DNA of 64,000 nt from Candidatus Zixiibacteriota bacterium (lineage in GTDB: Bacteria; Zixibacteria; MSB-5A5; GN15; JAAZOE01), in the NCBI GenBank assembly GCA_043819555.1, contig JBDREQ010000001.1, positions 11,451-75,450 on the forward strand, written 5' to 3'. Position 1 is the stretch's first letter; the number at the start of each line of letters is the position of its first letter. Under the pieces are notes generated by a model. It searched no databases. It was not told where the DNA came from and worked only from the letters and a program-made list of their open reading frames with translations. The translations under genes and the position numbers were made by a program. Below, piece after piece: positions 10,410-21,215 of this stretch.

Positions 10410-12511
10410 ACTCCTTTTGTTCGTTTAAACGTCAATTCCACTTTTTCTCCTGCCGCGAGTACGCGACCGGCCTCCGGTTTTTGCCCTATAACCCTTCCCG
10501 TTCCCCGATATGTTACTTCGATCCCATAGCAATCGAATATATTGATGGCCTCCCGCATCGTTAAGCCCGTTACATCAGGAACAGTCATATCCTCTTCGGA
10601 AGTCTTATTTGTGAAACAGCGCAGCAGTTCTTCCCTCGTAACAAAGGCGCCATGCGGTGGATGGGTCGCTATGATATGTGACCCATTTCCGATGAATTGA
10701 ATTTTTAATTCCAGATTTTCGCAATTGACTTTGATCTCACCGCGCGAAAGACCGACCAAATCCAGCATGCGCATCAAATTTCCAATAACTGCTTTGGCAT
10801 TATCCATTTCCTGAATTGCCTCATTTGACCGCGAATTGAATGCTGAAATGCCATAATTATCAATTGCGGCGAATTTTTCGGCTATATTTTTGAAGGCCGG
10901 ACCGGAGGTATAACCGCCGTAGTGAATAGGTTCCGGCTCATCGAGAATGACTATACCGGCGACCAGCGGTGAGTCGGCGGGGAAATATCCGGCAAAGGAC
11001 GCCATAAATTTATTCTTATAATACCCACCTGTCTCCAAATTGGGTTTTTCGGCTGTACCAGTTTTTCCTGAGATTGTCACGCATGCGCCAGCCAATGGCG
11101 CACCAGTGCCGTTGGTGACCACGCCGCGCATAAATTCTTGCAGTTGATTTACAATGTCATCATCGAGTACTTTGACCGGCCGACTCTCGTGCCGATTGAT
11201 GATTTCCCCTTCATGATTTATACACCCACTGACGAAATATGGATGATTTAAAAATCCGCCCGACGCCACTATTGCGAATGCCTGAACCATTTGAAGCGGC
11301 GTTACCGACAAACCATGGCCAATAGCGAAGGTTGAAGTCACAAACTTTGACCACTTTTTCGGTTTTGCGAGTATCCCCCGGCTTTCACCATTCATGCCAC
11401 AGTGAGTTTTTTGTCCAAATCCAAGTTTTCTGGCCATTGCATATATCTTTTCGCCCCCAATTTCATTGGCGATTTTACCAATGGCGATATTGGACGATAA
11501 TTCAAAAGCGCTTCGGAATGTAAGAGTATCATATTTATGATCATCTCTGAGACTATTCCGCCCCAGACGCCAGCATCCTTGCTCGGCGTAATATCTGTCA
11601 CTCGGTTTAATCGATCCATCTTCGAAGACAGCTGCGGCGGTAATGAGTTTAAAAATTGAACCTGGCTCAAAAGTCTCAGCGGCAGCGGACAATTTCATCG
11701 GCTTGTCATGATTAATCTCGGTCGGGCAATATTCTGCGGCGGCAATTACAGCTCCATTATGTGGATTAACGAATACGGCTATTCCGCCTTTGGCTTTATA
11801 TTTCTCAATGGCTCCGGCCAATTCTTCTTCCACAATTTGTTGTTTGTCCAAATCAATAGTTAGTACTACTGAATTGCCTTTAACCGCTTCCTTGATCGGA
11901 ATTTCTTGTATTTGATATTCTGTACCCAGGCCGTCGAGGTTGATCAGGGAACGTCCTTCGACACCGGCCAGAATATCTTCCATGGTCATTTCCACGCCTG
12001 ATTTCCCAATATTATCTGAATCCACGAATCCAAGAATGGATCGACCAATCATGCCGTATGGGTAATCGCGGGCAGGTTCTTCTTCAATAAAAAGCCCATA
12101 TTTTTTTTTACTTGAAACAAAGCGGGCATATTCTGAAGCATCCAATCCTCGCTTGATGTAACAGAATTTCCGTGGAGTCAATTTATATTCGCGCCTTATG
12201 GAATTTTCACTCTTCTTAAGCACTCTTGAAATCAGGGTATATGTCGAATCAATGATTTTTCTACTTGAGGGGTAGGCGCAAAGAGACTTAAAATTTTTAT
12301 TAATAGCGATTTTACGGCCCTTGCTGTCAAATATTAAACCGCGCTCGGCTTGAATAGATTTGGATTGCAAATATAATTTTCGGGCAGTTTCTCGATAATC
12401 GCTACCGCGAACAACTTGAAATAGAAATACGCGGCCAAGAAAGATGGAAAATACCAATGCCAATGACATAAAAACCAAACCGGATCGTACTTTTGAATAA
12501 TGCGTTTTCAC
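10406..12511 (-). CDS. ftsI: class B penicillin-binding protein with C-terminal PASTA domains
   Basis: SxxK (EPGSIFK), SxN (SSNI) and KTG (GKTGTA) motifs. PASTA-like C-terminus (VPDVTGLT...Q.P..G). Confidence 0.93.
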   Translation of the reverse strand: MKTHYSKVRSGLVFMSLALVFSIFLGRVFLFQVVRGSDYRETARKLYLQSKSIQAERGLIFDSKGRKIAINKNFKSLCAYPSSRKIIDSTYTLISRVLKKSENSIRREYKLTPRKFCYIKRGLDASEYARFVSSKKKYGLFIEEEPARDYPYGMIGRSILGFVDSDNIGKSGVEMTMEDILAGVEGRSLINLDGLGTEYQIQEIPIKEAVKGNSVVLTIDLDKQQIVEEELAGAIEKYKAKGGIAVFVNPHNGAVIAAAEYCPTEINHDKPMKLSAAAETFEPGSIFKLITAAAVFEDGSIKPSDRYYAEQGCWRLGRNSLRDDHKYDTLTFRSAFELSSNIAIGKIANEIGGEKIYAMARKLGFGQKTHCGMNGESRGILAKPKKWSKFVTSTFAIGHGLSVTPLQMVQAFAIVASGGFLNHPYFVSGCINHEGEIINRHESRPVKVLDDDIVNQLQEFMRGVVTNGTGAPLAGACVTISGKTGTAEKPNLETGGYYKNKFMASFAGYFPADSPLVAGIVILDEPEPIHYGGYTSGPAFKNIAEKFAAIDNYGISAFNSRSNEAIQEMDNAKAVIGNLMRMLDLVGLSRGEIKVNCENLELKIQFIGNGSHIIATHPPHGAFVTREELLRCFTNKTSEEDMTVPDVTGLTMREAINIFDCYGIEVTYRGTGRVIGQKPEAGRVLAAGEKVELTFKRTKGV

Positions 12512-12963
12512 TCTTCCTCAAATAATTGGTTTGCCTCTGCATCACTCGGCGCAATAAATGGGATGCCCTCTTTCAACTTATCAAAAGCCGTGAAGAAACC
12601 GGCAAATCGCCCCCGGTCCTCATTTAGGGCGGGATTGACAACTAAATTCTGATGCGGCATTGTTGGCTCAAGTCCTAGTTTGTGAACAGCAATAGTCTTT
12701 TCGACGTTTATCAAAGTCGATGCTTCAATCCAATCAATTTTCAATTCTGAAAGAAATCCTTCGGCTAGTTCATTCTTCTTCTGCAACTCCTTAATCTCAT
12801 CATCAAGTTCTCGGACCCAGACCCGCTGATAGATGTAAACAGACGCAAGAGAAACGATTGTCAGTGTGAGAAAGATAAGGCGAACGAACCTGTTGACAGG
12901 CAAACTGTTCCTACGTGAGGAGCATCTTTTGGTTCTGTAGCGGCGGGGTAGCTTCATTTTCAA
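12508..12963 (-). CDS. ftsL: FtsL-like cell division protein
   Basis: Basic N-terminus, one TM helix, then a coiled coil. Lies between rsmH and ftsI. Start may be ATG 12957. Confidence 0.7.
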   Translation of the reverse strand: MKMKLPRRYRTKRCSSRRNSLPVNRFVRLIFLTLTIVSLASVYIYQRVWVRELDDEIKELQKKNELAEGFLSELKIDWIEASTLINVEKTIAVHKLGLEPTMPHQNLVVNPALNEDRGRFAGFFTAFDKLKEGIPFIAPSDAEANQLFEEE

Positions 12964-13850
12964 ATTTTCTCTACTGCCCTCAATTTGGCGGAACGGGAGC
13001 GAGGGTTTAAATTCTTTTCTTTGACCTTGGCGGTTAGCGGTTTTTTGGTGAGGATTTTCATATCCCCGTTTTGTTTGCCTTCGCGGAATTTATTTTTGAC
13101 CATACGGTCTTCCAGGCTGTGATAAGAAAGGACAACCAATCTTCCGGCGGGCAGAAGTAAATCCATGGCGGCCTGCAGCCCTTGACACAGGTTCTCCATT
13201 TCTTCATTGACGACTATGCGAATAGCCTGAAAACACCGCGATAGAGTTTTATTCAAATATCTGGGATTGGTTACTGATTTTATAATTTGGGTAAATTCAA
13301 GAGTGGTTGTAATTGTTTTTTTTGTCCTTGAATCAGAAATTGCCGAGGCTATACGGCGGGCATTTTTCTCCTCGCCCAAAGTAAATAGAATATCATTAAG
13401 TTTTTTCTGGGGGTAATTATTTATTATTTCGGCGGCAGTTAATTTTTGTGAACGATCCATGCGAAAATCAAGCGGTCCATCGTGACGATAGGAAAAGCCT
13501 CTTTCGGCGCAATCGAACTGAAATCCTGAGACTCCCAGGTCAAAAACGACTCCGTCAATGGCCGTAATTCCAACTGAAGTGGCTAAATTGGCCATGTCGC
13601 TGAAATTCCCCTGGATAACATCCACATGCGATAATAGCTCCCTGTTTCTTTCCCTGGTTTGCTCAACTGCTTCCACGTCCCTGTCGATTGCCAATAACCT
13701 TCCCGCAGGACCCAGCTGGGAAGCTATAATTTTCGTATACCCCCCTCCACCGGCGGTAGCGTCTATGTAATTGCCGGCGGGATTGATATTTAATAAACCA
13801 ATAGCTTCATCAGCCATAACCGGCTGATGATAGCCATCAGTTAGGGTCAT
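12960..13850 (-). CDS. rsmH: 16S rRNA m4C1402 methyltransferase
   Basis: HQPVM, DATAGGGG, DLGVS, YHSLEDR and NPRSRSAKLR motifs. Confidence 0.97.
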   Translation of the reverse strand: MTLTDGYHQPVMADEAIGLLNINPAGNYIDATAGGGGYTKIIASQLGPAGRLLAIDRDVEAVEQTRERNRELLSHVDVIQGNFSDMANLATSVGITAIDGVVFDLGVSGFQFDCAERGFSYRHDGPLDFRMDRSQKLTAAEIINNYPQKKLNDILFTLGEEKNARRIASAISDSRTKKTITTTLEFTQIIKSVTNPRYLNKTLSRCFQAIRIVVNEEMENLCQGLQAAMDLLLPAGRLVVLSYHSLEDRMVKNKFREGKQNGDMKILTKKPLTAKVKEKNLNPRSRSAKLRAVEKI

Positions 13851-14310
13851 CTTTAAATAATCCTTCGGCTACATCTTCCAGAGAGCGACCATAGTTTTCC
13901 TTATAGGCGCGGTATTGTTCCGGATCCCAGATTTCTATCGTCTGATTGGCTCCAATAACTAGAACTTCCTTGTTTATTCCTGCTTGAGTTCGTAATAATT
14001 CCGGCAAATGAATTCGGCCCGATTTATCTATTTTCTCGATTGAAGTGTATTGATGGAGGAGTCGATTGACGTAGCGGAAATCTCGCTGAGTAAACGATTT
14101 GGATTGAAGGCGCTCCTGGACTTTTTTCCATTCTTCGACCGGATACAGGGAAAGGCAACCGTCGAGACCCTGAGATACAACGAGCTTATCTCCAGACGGA
14201 ATGCCCTTTTCCATTGATTTTTCCGGATCTCCAGGCCGTATTTTGGCCGGAATGGAAAGACGACCTTTGTCGTCTATGGTGCAAGTATAAGAGCCACAAA
14301 ACCCGAGCAA
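13837..14310 (-). CDS. mraZ: dcw transcriptional repressor MraZ
   Basis: Two DxKGR-type repeats (DDKGRLSIP, DKSGRIHLP) and IEIW. TTG start. Confidence 0.95.
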   Translation of the reverse strand: MLGFCGSYTCTIDDKGRLSIPAKIRPGDPEKSMEKGIPSGDKLVVSQGLDGCLSLYPVEEWKKVQERLQSKSFTQRDFRYVNRLLHQYTSIEKIDKSGRIHLPELLRTQAGINKEVLVIGANQTIEIWDPEQYRAYKENYGRSLEDVAEGLFKDDPN

Positions 14311-14334
14311 AATGCGCCTTCCTAAAAAAATTTA

Positions 14335-14387
14335 CCCATTTTATCCCACTGCATTCCAATATTGCCCATTTTTCTGGAAAAAGTCAA
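14335..14387 (-). promoter_or_regulatory. dcw promoter with four 10-bp-periodic MraZ (DCW) boxes
   Basis: Minus strand reads TTGACT-N17-CAATAT, overlapped by ATGGG-N5-TTGGA-N5-GTGGG-N5-ATGGG (boxes at 14365-69, 14355-59, 14345-49, 14335-39). Confidence 0.8.
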
Positions 14388-14674
14388 GAAAAAAATTAAA
14401 AAAAAGACCGCTCTAATTTTATATCAATCAATAAGTAAGAAAGAGTTTTTTTTCATTTTTTTGTATTCTCTTGAACCAAAAAAACTCACGCCTCTCAACA
14501 GAATTTTCCGTGTCAATTTATTTTTCAATTGATGAAAACCGATTGAGTATAGGAATTATTCAATACTATTAAGCGGATCTTTTTTGGCATCTCTTCTCCT
14601 CCAAACCACGCCATACAACCACCTATGATACAATGAGTTATGCTCCATAAAAATAACTTAAAATCTTATCCAAA

Positions 14675-14690
14675 GGGCACCTCTCTTGCA
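14675..14690 (+). promoter_or_regulatory. candidate sigma-54 (-24/-12) promoter of the C25 peptidase
   Basis: GGGCAC-CTCTC-TTGCA has the exact GG-N10-GC spacing of TGGCAC-N5-TTGCA and lies 40 bp upstream of ATG 14731. Confidence 0.55.
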
Positions 14691-14730
14691 TTTTATCATT
14701 TTGATTCTAAACGGAACAAGCGAGATAATT

Positions 14731-17070
14731 ATGAAGAGCCTGACTACTTTATTAATAGCCTTGGTGTTAGCCTGCGGAAACGCATTTTCCGCCGAATTAA
14801 TTGAGTCAATTAAATTCGACGCGGAAAAACTGAAAATAGACAAACATAACGGAGAAATAGGAATTTCAGGGTTTGAGACTGTCAGCATTGAAGGATACCC
14901 GACGGTACCGGTGACGCAATTAAAATATCACTCTATTCTTAATCAAGATGAATCGAAATTGTTTTTGCGAGTAGTTGAATGCGATACGATTCAGATTGAT
15001 TTTCTGATTTCAAAAAATATCGCCGATATTCCCACCAGCGCTTTGAACAAGGAAATCGAAAATCCAGAATACTTCTCGGAGGCGCAAAACGTTTATCCTT
15101 CCTCCCCTGGGAAAATCGAACGGGTGTCCATGAATGATTATTCGATCTGGTCGATCACTGTGTTCCCGATTCAGTTATTGGGTGAGGATAAAATTATTTT
15201 CAATCGCGTCTTTGAAGTTTCTTCATTGGACAAGATAACGACAATCCATAGAGGACTGCCAAAATCATTTGTAAATAATAATTCGAAAGTTGCGGCGGAT
15301 AACTCAACATCCGGAGCCGGATTTTCTGGTTGTCCACTGGGTAATCAGTTCGTGGTTGTTGCATCTTCCGAATTCGCAGAAGCATTTGAAAGTTTTATTG
15401 ACTTGAAAGTGAAAACCGGTTTCGATGCGGTCATAGCTATTACCGATTCCATATATAGCTATTACTCGGGAATTGATGATGCCGAAGCGCTCAGAAATTA
15501 CCTCCATGATTTCTATAATAACGGCGGAGAATATGTTTTACTTGGGGGGGATGAAAATCAGGTTCCGGTCAGATATGCATATTTTTATAATACCGCCATC
15601 ATTCCCGCCCTTTATGATTTAATGATCTGCGATTTATATTTCTCCGACTATGATGGTGATTGGGATTTTGACGGAGATGGCGTTTGGGGCGAGCCGACTC
15701 AGGACCATCCTGACCTGGGTGCTGAAGTCTTAATCGGCCGCTTACCGTTTTCTCAATCCTCACAGGTAATAGCATACACGAAAAAATTAAGGGATTATTT
15801 GTTCAATCCCGGAAGCGGCGATATAGATTATCTTAAGAAATCCGTATATTTTTCCTCAGATCAGATGCGCGATTATTTTGAGGGCGGCCAGCAATACCGG
15901 GTGGCCGAATCATTCCCGGTCCACATTGATAATGACTGTGAACGGTTAGCCGAAAACCCAAACGGCAATGATCCGGCTCCGACCGGACCGTACGCTGTTG
16001 ATGCCTTAAATGGCTTATCGCAAGGGTATGGATTTGTAAATATTCTGGCTCATGGGCGCCCCGACGCATTTGTGATAAGTTCAAGCGAGTATAATCAATT
16101 TCCCAAACAATATCTTTTTACCGCTGAAGGTATTGATGGCGATTATTTTTCAAGCATGGCCAATAACGATAAAATCGGGTTTTATTATTCAGTATCGTGC
16201 GACCAAGCCTCATTTGATCTCGAAACTCTATACGGCCAAGCAGTTCCTTCGGTCGTTGAAGAGCTACTATCTCTGGAAAATTCCGGGCCGGTCGGCATGG
16301 TTGCCTTTACTCGATGGGGCTGGGTCGGATCCAGTTACAAATTAATGGCTTCGTTTTATGGTCATTTATTTGGTGCGGCTCAGGCCAATCCGGTCGAAGC
16401 AATGTATCGCTCATGGATGGATTTTCCATATTATCGCGATCAGATATATGGACAGAATTATTATGGCGATCCGTCAGTCAAATTGTATTTGGACCGCCCG
16501 GAAAAAATAAATATAACTGCTCCATACGCATATCCGATCGGAGGAGAACTCAGCCTCCGAATCGATGTAAATGATATTCCAATTTCCGGGAAAACTGTTG
16601 TCATTAGATATGGTAATGATTTTTATCTATCGGCGGTTACGGATTTAAACGGATTTGCGTCGTTTTCAATACCTGATGGCTGGACTGAAATTATTAGCGC
16701 AACCGTCAATGGTCAAGGGCTTATTTCATCCGAGGTCTATCTCGGTCCTTCAATTGCTTCCGATGCAGATGACAACGATTTGCCGATTCCGTTGGTGTTT
16801 GCCCTGGAGCAAAATTATCCCAATCCATTCAATCCAACTACAACCATTGAGTTTATGACCTCGCGGTCCGGTCAGGTTGAACTTACGATTTATAATATTC
16901 TCGGAAACGTAATCGATAAACCGGTATCCGAATATCTGCCGGCTGGTAATCATGCCATCATCTGGAACGGGACTGATATGAATGACAATTCTGTTCCATC
17001 GGGAATATATTTTTATCGTTTGAATACCGAAGAAGGAATCCTCACGCGGAAAATGGTTTTGATTAAATAA
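14731..17070 (+). CDS. secreted gingipain-family (C25) cysteine peptidase with C-terminal FlgD-Ig/T9SS-type sorting domain
   Basis: Signal peptide (MKSLTTLL...AFS), YVLLGGD, D.YFSD.DGD, IGRLP, catalytic His (AHG) and Cys (SCD), and YGDP. C-terminus QNYPNPFNP...PSGIYFYRL...KMVLIK. Confidence 0.88.
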   Translation: MKSLTTLLIALVLACGNAFSAELIESIKFDAEKLKIDKHNGEIGISGFETVSIEGYPTVPVTQLKYHSILNQDESKLFLRVVECDTIQIDFLISKNIADIPTSALNKEIENPEYFSEAQNVYPSSPGKIERVSMNDYSIWSITVFPIQLLGEDKIIFNRVFEVSSLDKITTIHRGLPKSFVNNNSKVAADNSTSGAGFSGCPLGNQFVVVASSEFAEAFESFIDLKVKTGFDAVIAITDSIYSYYSGIDDAEALRNYLHDFYNNGGEYVLLGGDENQVPVRYAYFYNTAIIPALYDLMICDLYFSDYDGDWDFDGDGVWGEPTQDHPDLGAEVLIGRLPFSQSSQVIAYTKKLRDYLFNPGSGDIDYLKKSVYFSSDQMRDYFEGGQQYRVAESFPVHIDNDCERLAENPNGNDPAPTGPYAVDALNGLSQGYGFVNILAHGRPDAFVISSSEYNQFPKQYLFTAEGIDGDYFSSMANNDKIGFYYSVSCDQASFDLETLYGQAVPSVVEELLSLENSGPVGMVAFTRWGWVGSSYKLMASFYGHLFGAAQANPVEAMYRSWMDFPYYRDQIYGQNYYGDPSVKLYLDRPEKINITAPYAYPIGGELSLRIDVNDIPISGKTVVIRYGNDFYLSAVTDLNGFASFSIPDGWTEIISATVNGQGLISSEVYLGPSIASDADDNDLPIPLVFALEQNYPNPFNPTTTIEFMTSRSGQVELTIYNILGNVIDKPVSEYLPAGNHAIIWNGTDMNDNSVPSGIYFYRLNTEEGILTRKMVLIK

Positions 17071-17962
17071 TTTTTCGAATCAGGTGGTAGGCCGATCGCG
17101 GAATCGCGGCGACAAATATCAGTAAAGAAACTACACCCAAAAGCAGATAGCGCGCCATTTTTACCGGCCATTTTGATCGATCCAATTTCTCATATTTGGC
17201 AAAATAGTTTATCAGACTAAGATGCGAAAGCCAGACCATTTTAGGTTTTTGCCTTGAAACCGACGCCCCTCCATAATGCTCAATGACCGCATCATAGCAA
17301 TAATAATTTCTATATCCATCCATCCACAACCGTTTGCATAGATCAACATCGTTTAGAAATATTGGAAAGGATTCATCCAGCATCCCAACGTTATCGATAC
17401 GATCACGCTTGATAAGTATGGCCGCTCCCATTGGCTGTTCAATCACGGCCGAGGACAAATGATTGAAATCACCCATTTTCCAGCCATTGAGCAATTTTGA
17501 ACATGGGAAAACTCTGGATAATCCGCACAATTCAAATAAAACATGATGATACCGGGGAAAGCGGCGGCAATATTTTTGAAGAATACCGTCAAATCCGACA
17601 AAGCGCGGTCCAACCATCCCGGCATCTCCGTGGTCTGAGTAATAATTGAGTAGTGTTTGAAGACAGCCCGATTTTATACGAATATCCTGATTTAGCATCC
17701 AGATATATTCATATTGCGCCCTGCTTATTCCCTGATTAACGGCCTTTGCAAATCCAAGATTTTCTGAATTTTTGGCCAGGCATACGTCCGTAAAACCATT
17801 TTCAATAATTTCCAGCGTGCCGTCAGTAGAGTTATTGTCAATTATGATTATTTCATGGCAATATTCTCTGATGTTATCCTGAAGCGTTCGCAGGCAATCG
17901 GAAATATAGTCTTTCCCATTATAAGAAATAATTACAGCCGATATTCCCGGATTATCAAGCAT
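17063..17962 (-). CDS. family 2 glycosyltransferase (WbbL/rhamnosyltransferase-like)
   Basis: IISYN, IDNNSTDGT, NLGFAKAVNQG, LNQD and DVDLC motifs. ATG 17962 preferred. Confidence 0.9.
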   Translation of the reverse strand: MLDNPGISAVIISYNGKDYISDCLRTLQDNIREYCHEIIIIDNNSTDGTLEIIENGFTDVCLAKNSENLGFAKAVNQGISRAQYEYIWMLNQDIRIKSGCLQTLLNYYSDHGDAGMVGPRFVGFDGILQKYCRRFPRYHHVLFELCGLSRVFPCSKLLNGWKMGDFNHLSSAVIEQPMGAAILIKRDRIDNVGMLDESFPIFLNDVDLCKRLWMDGYRNYYCYDAVIEHYGGASVSRQKPKMVWLSHLSLINYFAKYEKLDRSKWPVKMARYLLLGVVSLLIFVAAIPRSAYHLIRKII

Positions 17963-19196
17963 CAAGAACTTTCTCGAATACGCCGGCAAATTGCTTCGCG
18001 GCATGCAACCGCGTCATAACATCAAGTTCCGTTTTTTCCCATTTCTCACTTTTTTGCCATCGATTAAATAAAATTTCCATCGCTTCGGCCAGTCCAATAA
18101 TATCGTTGGGCGATGCAAACAAACCTCCCCTATGCCGAGTAATCATCAGGGCGGCCTCTCCATCATGAGGCACGGCGCCAAGGATCGGGCTTTCAAGTCC
18201 CATATAATCAAATATCTTACCGGTCAAAATATCTTTATGATTTTCAGCGGCGCTCAAGAGTAAAGCTCCCGCGGAAGCGGCTTTTGAGAGCGCCTCACGA
18301 TGCGGCAGATAATCAATGACTTCAATTTTCTCGGTCATTTCGTATTTTTCGGCAAGACGCATGATTTCATTCCTATCGTTAGCACCGATAAATACGAATT
18401 TGAATTTTTCTCCAAATTGTCCTTTTTTACTTGCCAACAGATGAGCGGCTTGTAGAAATGGTTCGATGGGATGAAGGCTATGAATCGTTCCCAAATAACA
18501 AAGAATAAAATTCTTGGTGTCAGATGTTGCTTGAAGTTTGACAAAATCATCCGGATCATATCCGCCCGGTATGGAGACGGCAGTTGAAGAAATATGTGCG
18601 GCTATGGTTTTATTGATGGCCGTTATCGCCGAAGCCGTCTGTCCGATTTGACTCAAAAGATCATACGATTTTTTTATGAGAGATTTATCTTTATATATCA
18701 CTTCCGGCCCGCGTGATTCCCAAATATCGCGAAAATCGGCAATCCATGGAATCTGGAATTTTTCTGATATTTCCCTTGCCACCAAGTGAGCGGTAATGGG
18801 AGGAGAAGACGAAAGGATTAAATCGATTTTCTGTTTGGCTATTACCTCCTCTGCTTTTTTTATCGCGTATTTTTTCCATCCAATTTTTGAATCAGGCCAG
18901 ATCATTCCTGTTTTTTTGGCCATTCGTGAAATACTCTTTAAGCCGGTCAGTGGCAGTGGCAGATATCGAGTCAACCGTGCCGGATCGGATGATCCCGAAC
19001 GATGAATTTTCACCTCATCCGGAATTTCGTCGAAAAGAGATTTATCATAAGCGGGATACCTGATCGGTTTAACAGTGATGACATGAACCTGATATCCCAG
19101 TTGAGGGAGATATTTCGCCAGTTTGGCAATTCGCTGAACGCCGCCCATGGCAAGAGGAGGAAAATAGTAAGCGATTATCAGAATGGAGTTGTTCAT
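17955..19196 (-). CDS. family 4 glycosyltransferase
   Basis: IAYYFPP...GGVQR, SSSPP, ADFRD.W and TGKIFDYM motifs. Confidence 0.9.
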   Translation of the reverse strand: MNNSILIIAYYFPPLAMGGVQRIAKLAKYLPQLGYQVHVITVKPIRYPAYDKSLFDEIPDEVKIHRSGSSDPARLTRYLPLPLTGLKSISRMAKKTGMIWPDSKIGWKKYAIKKAEEVIAKQKIDLILSSSPPITAHLVAREISEKFQIPWIADFRDIWESRGPEVIYKDKSLIKKSYDLLSQIGQTASAITAINKTIAAHISSTAVSIPGGYDPDDFVKLQATSDTKNFILCYLGTIHSLHPIEPFLQAAHLLASKKGQFGEKFKFVFIGANDRNEIMRLAEKYEMTEKIEVIDYLPHREALSKAASAGALLLSAAENHKDILTGKIFDYMGLESPILGAVPHDGEAALMITRHRGGLFASPNDIIGLAEAMEILFNRWQKSEKWEKTELDVMTRLHAAKQFAGVFEKVLDA

Positions 19197-20260
19197 TATT
19201 GGGCAATTTTCAAAAATAGGTTTTTCAACTTTAACATATTATCCTGCCAGATCGCTTTTTCTTCAATTAAAGAACGATTTATTTGAGCAATATGCGTAAT
19301 ATCTATTTCGCCATTTAAAACTTCCATTAATTTTTCCGTTAACGATGCGACATTCCCCGGTTCAAATAAATATCCATTGTATGAATCCGTTATCCATTCC
19401 CGGTTGCCGGGGATATCGCTGACGATGGGCAGCAATCCAACCGACATTGCTTCCAACAAGGCCACGGATGTTGAATCCGATAGAGAGGATGATAAATAAA
19501 CATCGTAACCTAATAATGATTTTTCAAATTCTTCCCGCGGCAATCTTTGTTTTAGGCTTATCATTTCGGTAAGATTGAGCTTATTGATCATCATACCGTA
19601 TTTTCTAATACTTGAATCATCTCCTGACATATCGATTTGAAACTTGTATTCTCCCTTTAAAGCATCCGCCGCTTTAATTATCGACTCCGGGTCATAGACC
19701 GCCTGAAAGCCCCGAGGCGCCAGAATTCGGATGATTTCTTTTTTTCTATAATCTTTTTTCACACGATTTTCAAAAAATCCCCGATCAACCCCCATGATAA
19801 TATTTTCAATTTTTCTTTCCTCGATAAATTCATTGGCGGCGTCAAATAAGTTTTGCGAATCGACAGTGCAGGTGTGGGCATGGCCAAGCGCCCGTGCCAC
19901 TCGCCGCCTCTGTATTTGTGATTTTTGAGGGAGTATAAGCAGGTCAGTCCCCCATGCGGTCACAACCACAGGACAATTATCGGTATGAGAAGCCAGCCAG
20001 CCGTAGGAATTCACAAAATGAGCGTTTATAATATCGGGGTTGAATGATTCCGCGATTTTTCGGAATTGGTTTTTTGCCAATGAATAATCGATTATTCCTC
20101 GCCCGGTGGGGCGTCTCCCCTGATATTTAATTTTAGGACTCGAAATTGATATCTCTTCGAGCGAAAACAAACCGACTTCAAAACCATTTTGTTCGAAATA
20201 GCGGCACCAGCGTTCAGTATGAATTGAGCGTCCGTCGGATAATACCAGGAGTTTTCTCAT
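19196..20260 (-). CDS. family 4 glycosyltransferase
   Basis: AHF..SYG, TAWGTD and D...VALLEAM..G...IVSDIPGN motifs. Confidence 0.9.
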   Translation of the reverse strand: MRKLLVLSDGRSIHTERWCRYFEQNGFEVGLFSLEEISISSPKIKYQGRRPTGRGIIDYSLAKNQFRKIAESFNPDIINAHFVNSYGWLASHTDNCPVVVTAWGTDLLILPQKSQIQRRRVARALGHAHTCTVDSQNLFDAANEFIEERKIENIIMGVDRGFFENRVKKDYRKKEIIRILAPRGFQAVYDPESIIKAADALKGEYKFQIDMSGDDSSIRKYGMMINKLNLTEMISLKQRLPREEFEKSLLGYDVYLSSSLSDSTSVALLEAMSVGLLPIVSDIPGNREWITDSYNGYLFEPGNVASLTEKLMEVLNGEIDITHIAQINRSLIEEKAIWQDNMLKLKNLFLKIAQ

Positions 20261-20261
20261 C

Positions 20262-21215
20262 CTAACGCCCCAACAATTTTCTTAGCTTTGATTTACTGGT
20301 TAAAATTGGGTATTTAAATTCGCGTCCGCCCCAACGTTCTTTAAAATATATTAATCCTTCGGCATCGACAGGTGATGCGCCCAGATTAACCGACAGCACT
20401 CCCCGATTTCGATTAGATTTTATCGCGTTATAAAGGAGACGATAGTCAGGTCTGTAATTCCTCTTATCGAAATCCGAAACCGCCTGCCAATAATATTGAG
20501 TTTTGTTATTGATAAAATGAATTTGCGATCCGACCAGGCGATCTTTGACAATTAAGCCGTTCCAATATAGATTATCCGAGTCATGCAGTTTTCCCATAAT
20601 TGCTTTATAAAATCTCTTTTCATAAAGCGGTCTGGTTCGTCCATGCCTGAGTTCATTTCTGAGATAAAGAGCGTAGTAATCATCAAGCCATTGATCATTA
20701 TTAATCCTTATAATATCGCCACCCGCTTCCTCGCCGATTTTGATTTCAGATAAAACCTTTTTGGGAGGAGAATATTCATCTTTACTCCCCAGATCGAGGA
20801 TATGAGTTGATACCGATTTTGAAAAAAAATGGCGGTTATGCCAGAATCCAATACTATTGGCGTAATCGACAATAATTGCCTGGGAAAAACTACTATCAGC
20901 AAAATAATCCGTTAATCCCTTGGCGAATTCATCCTTTTGGTCACGAAGAATTTCTTCCGACCAGAGAACCGCTCCATAGGCTCCATTGGGCATGGAATAA
21001 AATGATTTGGCGCCCATCCTCCGCGAGATTATTGCCGGCAGACCGCACATTAGGGAATCATTTTCATATCCGCATACGAAAATTCCCCGTCCGGGAATTC
21101 CTTTTTCGCAGATATCAACCCAGGGCAAAGTGTGGTAAAAAGAGCCGCGCCGCGCAAGATTCTCCCAACTCGACTCATCGATATAGCGGCGATCTATAAT
21201 TCTAATTTCCATCAT
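20262..21215 (-). CDS. GNAT/FemAB-like acyltransferase
   Basis: FYHT..W, PNGAYG and NLGAS....GLIYFKERWG, typical of FemAB-like/Acetyltransf_6 proteins in glycan loci. Confidence 0.8.
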   Translation of the reverse strand: MMEIRIIDRRYIDESSWENLARRGSFYHTLPWVDICEKGIPGRGIFVCGYENDSLMCGLPAIISRRMGAKSFYSMPNGAYGAVLWSEEILRDQKDEFAKGLTDYFADSSFSQAIIVDYANSIGFWHNRHFFSKSVSTHILDLGSKDEYSPPKKVLSEIKIGEEAGGDIIRINNDQWLDDYYALYLRNELRHGRTRPLYEKRFYKAIMGKLHDSDNLYWNGLIVKDRLVGSQIHFINNKTQYYWQAVSDFDKRNYRPDYRLLYNAIKSNRNRGVLSVNLGASPVDAEGLIYFKERWGGREFKYPILTSKSKLRKLLGR

